From positions 1 through 51,149 of the forward strand of contig JBFISC010000001.1 in NCBI GenBank assembly GCA_041608775.1: 51,149 bases of DNA. Reading direction: 5' to 3'. A program made the translations under genes and the position numbers. This DNA comes from Pseudomonadales bacterium (GTDB taxonomy: Bacteria; Pseudomonadota; Gammaproteobacteria; Pseudomonadales; Azotimanducaceae). Positions 46,875 through 51,149 of this stretch are shown here, piece after piece; position 1 is the first letter of the stretch; the number at the start of each line of letters is the position of its first letter. The notes below the pieces were generated by a model. The model was not told the DNA's origin and did not search any database. It worked only from the letters and a program-made list of their open reading frames with translations.

Positions 46875-48302
46875 TCATAGCACCACGAAGCGGATCACCA
46901 GCAACGCCATCACCGCCTGAAACGCGAAGGTCAGCCACAGCGCCGCTCGAATCCCCGGGGACGGGGCCACCCGGCGGTCCATGCGCGCGCGCTGCAGCCA
47001 CAGGGTGGCCCCGCTCTGCACCGGCAGAAAGATGGCCGCCATGAACGCGCCCACGCTCACCAGCGACACCGGGTTCTGCACGCCGAGATAGAACACGAAA
47101 CCGAGCACCGGTACCAGGGACCCGTAGACGCGGATGATGGCGCGGCGCATGCCCATGTTGCGCCGCTCGAACACGCCCAGCTCGATCAGGTAGTCCGGCA
47201 GAAACCGGCTGCCGCCGCCGATGCCGGCCACGGCGCTGGAGAACAGGATGCAGAACGCCGCGCCGGCAAACAACCACAGGGCCCACTCGCCGAGGATTCG
47301 GGTGAACATGTTGGACAGCACGGCGATGGTCTCCAGACCCTGGGGGCGCTCGTCGAGGGTGTTCAGCACACCGGCGCCCAGCAGGAAGAACGGCACGGTG
47401 GCACAGGTGAGGATGACCAGGGTCACCCACACGTCGAGATGCACCACCCGGATCCAGCCCCGCGCCCGCTCCGGCCAGCGCGGATCGTCGCGGTCGTCGC
47501 CGATGAAGCTGGGATACCCCTTCTCGACGCACCAGTACGTGTAGGCGGAAACCTCACCGGAGTTGACGCCGGTGTAGCCGTAGGCCGCCAGCGCCAGGAC
47601 CAGGTACTCCACCGGGAACTCGAAGGTGAAGCCGCGGGCAAGATCCTCGACGCTGATCCGGAACTCGGTCGTCTGCATGGTCACCGCGGTGATCAGGGTG
47701 CCCAGGGTGAACGCCATGACCAGGACCATGGCCACCCGTTCCAGACGCAGGTAAGAGCCGGTGTACAGAATCAACGACGTGGCCACGGCGATCAGCGCCG
47801 TCGCCCACAGCGAATCGAGCTCGGGCGCAATCAGCGTCAGCGCCTGGCCGGCGCCGCCGAGAATGCCTCCGAGGCTCATGATGCTGGGAAGAAAGCCGAG
47901 CAGGCCCAGCCAGATGGGCCATCCCACCCGCAGACGCGGCCCCGGCAGCCGGTTCAGCGCCCGCAGGTACGTGTCGCCGGAGGCAATGACGTAGCGGGTC
48001 AGCTCGGCCTGGACCAGCGATTTGCTCCAGCAGGACAGCAGCACCCACCACAGCGCCACCATGCCGGCCGCAGCGCCGAGACTCGACGTGAGGATCAGCT
48101 CCCCGGACCCGACGATGGTGCCGGAGATCACCACGCTGGGCCCGAGGTAGCGCACCCGTTGCAGCAGCCCCACCGGTGGCGCCCGCGGAGGCCCGGCGCC
48201 AACGGTGTACGGGTCGCGGATTGCCAGTGCCGGCGGCTCGTCAGGCAGGGCCACCTTCGGGCGCGGCGCACCGTCGTCCTGCTCCCCGTCGCGATCAGCC
48301 AA
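46875..48302 (-). CDS. NRAMP-family transporter-like membrane protein
   Basis: It is a polytopic 475-aa protein. GPSVVISGTIVGSGELILTSSLGAAAG resembles the NRAMP N-terminal consensus. It has a TTG start. Confidence 0.7.
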   Translation of the reverse strand: MADRDGEQDDGAPRPKVALPDEPPALAIRDPYTVGAGPPRAPPVGLLQRVRYLGPSVVISGTIVGSGELILTSSLGAAAGMVALWWVLLSCWSKSLVQAELTRYVIASGDTYLRALNRLPGPRLRVGWPIWLGLLGFLPSIMSLGGILGGAGQALTLIAPELDSLWATALIAVATSLILYTGSYLRLERVAMVLVMAFTLGTLITAVTMQTTEFRISVEDLARGFTFEFPVEYLVLALAAYGYTGVNSGEVSAYTYWCVEKGYPSFIGDDRDDPRWPERARGWIRVVHLDVWVTLVILTCATVPFFLLGAGVLNTLDERPQGLETIAVLSNMFTRILGEWALWLFAGAAFCILFSSAVAGIGGGSRFLPDYLIELGVFERRNMGMRRAIIRVYGSLVPVLGFVFYLGVQNPVSLVSVGAFMAAIFLPVQSGATLWLQRARMDRRVAPSPGIRAALWLTFAFQAVMALLVIRFVVL

Positions 48303-48468
48303 CCGTCGTCCCCCTCAGCGCCGGCAAACAGCGCCGAGCATATCACCACCGCCCCGACCGTCATTGCAGGGCCTCACGATCGCCGCAGACGCGCACCAGC
48401 GCATATCGGGTTTGACGACTCCCACCCAGGCGGGACAAGGTAGACTCGTCAACCAGCGGAATCACACC

Positions 48469-48657
48469 ATGAGCTTCGCTACCTGGTGCCTGATCCTCGG
48501 TGCGGGCGCATGGGCGACTTCCTACCTGCTGAAGTCGCTGTTCGTGGACCGCAGCGATGCCGACAACCCCATGCGCTCCCTGGCGATGGGGCTCGGTTAC
48601 TTCGGCCTGGCCGCCATCGCGTGGGGCGCGCTGCTGATTTTCGTGCAGTACTTCTGA
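48469..48657 (+). CDS. Small membrane protein (62 aa, two TM helices)
   Basis: The internal ATG of track ORF 48205..48657 gives MSFATWCLILGAGAWATSYLL...GLGYFGLAAIAWGALLIFVQYF. It ends 14 nt before the next gene. No family was recognised. Confidence 0.4.
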   Translation: MSFATWCLILGAGAWATSYLLKSLFVDRSDADNPMRSLAMGLGYFGLAAIAWGALLIFVQYF

Positions 48658-48671
48658 CCAGAGAGTGAACG

Positions 48672-50501
48672 ATGAATGGAGCCTGGCTACCCGGTCTGGC
48701 ACTAGCCCTGCTGCTTCCCGCAGCGCAGTCCCTCGCGGAACGGGTGCAGGTGCCGCTGTCTCTCGACAGCCACGCCCTCGAGTCGCTGATCCGCGAGCGG
48801 GTCTTCACCGCCAGCGGCGATCGGCTGCGGCTGAACGACGACGGCAGCGGCTGTCAGTATCTCGACCTGAGACAGCCACGCGTCACCGTAGACAACGGCC
48901 AGATCCTGCTGCGGACGACCGCCGAGGCCCGCGCCGGCCGGGCCATTGGCGGGCGCTGCCTGCTCGCCCTGGACTGGCGCGGAGACATCGAGTTCGTCCA
49001 GCGCCCGCAGCTCGACACCGGGGCCGAGGCCCTCGTGCTGCACACCGACTCCTGGCGCGCGCTCCGCCCCGACGGCAGCGTCGACACCGTCTCCACCACC
49101 ATCGGCCGCTGGATCGAGCAGTTCCTGCCCGCCGACCTCAAGAACACCCGCATCAGCTTCGCCGGGCCGATGGCGCAGCTGCGGGAGGTTCTCGGCTACC
49201 ACGTGCCGGCCGGCAGCGGGATCAGCCCGGACAGCCTCGGGCTCGACGCCGTGCAAGCCGGTCCAGACCAGGTCACGCTCACCATCGGGGTCGACGTGGC
49301 ACCCGCGCCAACGTCGACGCCGGCCGCGGAGCCAGCCCTGACGGAGGCCGAGATCGCGCAGCTGGAGCAGCAGCTCGCCAGCGTCGATGCCTTCTTTACC
49401 TACACGATCCGCAACCTCGACGGGGAAGCCGCCGACGTGGCACCAGAGCTGCTCGCCGTGCTGGTAGAGCTGCGCCGGGACCTGACGACGTTGCTGCGGG
49501 AACCCGCCCGCCTTGGCGATGCGTCGGCGCGACGCCTGTTCATGTCGGCCTGGGAAGGGCTTGCCCCGGTGCTGCACACGGTCGCCGCCCAGCAGACGGA
49601 CTACGGCGAAGCGGTCCGTTACCTGACGTTCGTCGGTGCGGGGGATGCCCTGCGGGCCCTGGACGAGATCGGGCCGGCGGTGGGCATCGACATCTCCGCG
49701 GAAGGATTGCGCCGCCTGGCGCGGCTGCTGATCCCCGACGACACCCAGGATCCCCTCGACAGCTCCGACGCGGTGGACGCGCAGCTGCGCCGTTCGCTCG
49801 GCTTCGGGGATCCACTGCCGCCACCCCAGAACGTCAACGACACCACGTGGATCGACCGCTGGCTCGACGCGCTGATACCTCCGGCCATGGCCGCCGGCAT
49901 GGCCGCCGGCATGGCCGCTCCCGGCCTCGATCCGGCAATCGCCAAACGCCTCAACAACTGGGTCCCGAAGAACCGCGACATGAACGAGTACCTGCCGATG
50001 GTGCGGGACGTGCTCGAGCACGTCGTGGCGCAGCAGCTCAAGAGCGGCGGACTCGATGATCGCTACCGGAAGCTGTTCCGCTGGCTGGTCTTCGCGGCGG
50101 CATGGCAGGAGAGCTGCTGGCGTCAGTTCGAGGCAAAGAACGACAAGCGGGTTCCAGTGCAGTCGGGCTCCGGGGACCTCGGCGTGATGCAGATCAACCC
50201 CCGGGTCTGGCGGGGGCTGTACGACCTGCACGGCCTGCGCTGGGACATCGTCTACAACGCCCGCGCGGGCGCCGACATCCTGCAGCACTATCTGACCGAC
50301 TACGCGCTGCGTCACCGCGAGCACGAACGGGGCGGCAACGTCGACAATCTGGCTCGCGCCACCTACGCCGCGTACAACGGCGGCCCGAGGCAGTACGCGA
50401 GGTATCGCAGCGGGGCAGCCCGCGCGGACGAGCTGTTCTACCAGAAATACCAGCAGGTGAAGCAGAAGGATCTGGCCGTGTTCGCCTGCTACGGCGGTTA
50501 G
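48672..50501 (+). CDS. Secreted lytic transglycosylase (SLT domain) with large N-terminal domain of unknown function
   Basis: The signal peptide is MNGAWLPGLALALLLPAAQSLA. The C-terminus carries QESCWRQF (catalytic Glu-Ser), GVMQINP and AAYNGGP. Confidence 0.8.
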   Translation: MNGAWLPGLALALLLPAAQSLAERVQVPLSLDSHALESLIRERVFTASGDRLRLNDDGSGCQYLDLRQPRVTVDNGQILLRTTAEARAGRAIGGRCLLALDWRGDIEFVQRPQLDTGAEALVLHTDSWRALRPDGSVDTVSTTIGRWIEQFLPADLKNTRISFAGPMAQLREVLGYHVPAGSGISPDSLGLDAVQAGPDQVTLTIGVDVAPAPTSTPAAEPALTEAEIAQLEQQLASVDAFFTYTIRNLDGEAADVAPELLAVLVELRRDLTTLLREPARLGDASARRLFMSAWEGLAPVLHTVAAQQTDYGEAVRYLTFVGAGDALRALDEIGPAVGIDISAEGLRRLARLLIPDDTQDPLDSSDAVDAQLRRSLGFGDPLPPPQNVNDTTWIDRWLDALIPPAMAAGMAAGMAAPGLDPAIAKRLNNWVPKNRDMNEYLPMVRDVLEHVVAQQLKSGGLDDRYRKLFRWLVFAAAWQESCWRQFEAKNDKRVPVQSGSGDLGVMQINPRVWRGLYDLHGLRWDIVYNARAGADILQHYLTDYALRHREHERGGNVDNLARATYAAYNGGPRQYARYRSGAARADELFYQKYQQVKQKDLAVFACYGG

Positions 50502-50507
50502 CGGCGC

Positions 50508-50525
50508 GGCCGGCGCCTGCCGGCC
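50508..50525 (+). terminator. GC-rich hairpin just after the transglycosylase stop (weak terminator candidate)
   Basis: GGCCGGC, a GCCT loop and GCCGGCC form a perfect 7-bp stem starting 7 nt after the stop. No T-tract follows. Confidence 0.3.
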
Positions 50526-50584
50526 CGCCATCGTACAATGCGCCGCTGAGCCGACGCTTTGCAGCAACAGAGAGGAGCCCGCCC

Positions 50585-51149
50585 TTGTCCGTCGTCCATA
50601 CCTTCGCCGGCAACCCGCTCGATCGCGCCGACGTCAAGCGTCGCGATCCCGAGTGGCTGGAAGCCGCCGCTCGCGCGGAAGACACCCGCATCCTGCCCCT
50701 GCATCAGCTCAACGTGCTCGTCGACGCGCTTGGCGGCGAGCCACGGCTCGGGTGGCTGAAGCACGACCAGATGCGCTGGCTCGACGTGGACGTGCCGCCC
50801 GTGTTCCTGGGCCTGGATGCCGGTGGCGTGGCCCATTTCGCCCAGGACATCTCCGACGTGCACGACCCCAACCACGAGCTCAACCTGCCCGACGGGCTGT
50901 CCTTCCAGGAGTCCCGGACCGCGGCGATGGCGCTACCCGGGCCGGAGACCGGGATTCTCGCGCAGGCACGCGCTCAGGTGGGCTGGCACGAGCGCCACCA
51001 GTTCTGCAGCGTGTGCGGCGAGCGCACGGTACAGGCCAAGGGTGGCCACGTCCGCGAGTGCCCGGCATGCTCGGCGAGCCATTTCCCACGCACCGACCCC
51101 GTGGCGATCATGCTGATCGTTAACGGCGACCGCTGCCTGCTCGGCCAGA
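50585..51149 (+). CDS. nudC: NADH pyrophosphatase (NudC-type Nudix hydrolase), 3' truncated by the window edge
   Basis: This gene is absent from the ORF track because no stop is reached. My own translation from the TTG at 50585 (GAGAGGAG lies 7 nt upstream) gives SVVHTFAGNPLDRA...HQFCSVCGERTVQAKGGHVRECPACSASHFPRTDPVAIMLI. That contains the NudC zinc ribbon (CxxC...CxxC) followed by the start of the Nudix fold. Confidence 0.8.
   Translation, partial: MSVVHTFAGNPLDRADVKRRDPEWLEAAARAEDTRILPLHQLNVLVDALGGEPRLGWLKHDQMRWLDVDVPPVFLGLDAGGVAHFAQDISDVHDPNHELNLPDGLSFQESRTAAMALPGPETGILAQARAQVGWHERHQFCSVCGERTVQAKGGHVRECPACSASHFPRTDPVAIMLIVNGDRCLLGQ

Noticed and set aside
48303-48468. Looked for a manganese (yybP-ykoY) riboswitch or another known leader upstream of the NRAMP-like gene.
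   Set aside because: I found only loose resemblances (GGGAGU, UUGACGAG) and in the wrong order relative to the consensus as I remember it. It cannot be supported without a covariance-model scan.
50534-50539. TACAAT hexamer upstream of nudC, considered as a -10 promoter box.
   Set aside because: There is no acceptable -35 element at 17-nt spacing (the sequence there is CGGCGC). A single hexamer match is expected by chance.

Overview
This is a visibly G+C-rich chromosomal segment, probably proteobacterial and most likely gammaproteobacterial; that guess rests only on gene content such as pqiBC, nudC and cspA. I count about 45 protein-coding genes. I recognised no rRNA, tRNA, CRISPR array, integrase, transposase or prophage genes, and no DNA-binding transcription regulator. 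All family assignments come from reading motifs in the supplied translations by eye; no searches were run. Starts were re-derived arithmetically from the ORF track. Many track ORFs are antisense shadow ORFs or carry spurious N-terminal extensions, as expected at this G+C content.

Layout:
- 1-2917: housekeeping genes (pqiB tail, pqiC, NAD-type isocitrate dehydrogenase, fasciclin).
- 3005-17284: an uninterrupted minus-strand run. It starts at cspA, but only the eight genes from 3005 to 16486 form the translationally coupled MoxR AAA+/DUF58/VWA (Bat-like) envelope operon. That operon is expanded with a DUF4159 protein, a VWA plus amidotransferase-like membrane protein, a C13/caspase-like protein with a Ser in the nucleophile position and an EF-hand loop, a TPR-HExxH-TPR metallopeptidase, and a roughly 1100-aa DUF4175-like coiled-coil membrane protein. 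This is my best candidate for an undescribed system.
- 17615-48302: a patchwork of transport and oxidative or catabolic genes. It includes a six-gene coupled operon (carboxylate-amine ligase, M14-like deacylase, sulfite-oxidase-family molybdoenzyme, cytochrome c, MlrC-type peptidase, FAD amine oxidase). It also includes an MFS/enoyl-CoA hydratase/TauD/MFS unit. A Baeyer-Villiger monooxygenase carries a sharply AT-rich patch over its fingerprint motif. A metallophosphoesterase is fused to a degenerate kinase-like domain.
- 48469-51149: a small membrane protein, a lytic transglycosylase, and a 3'-truncated nudC.
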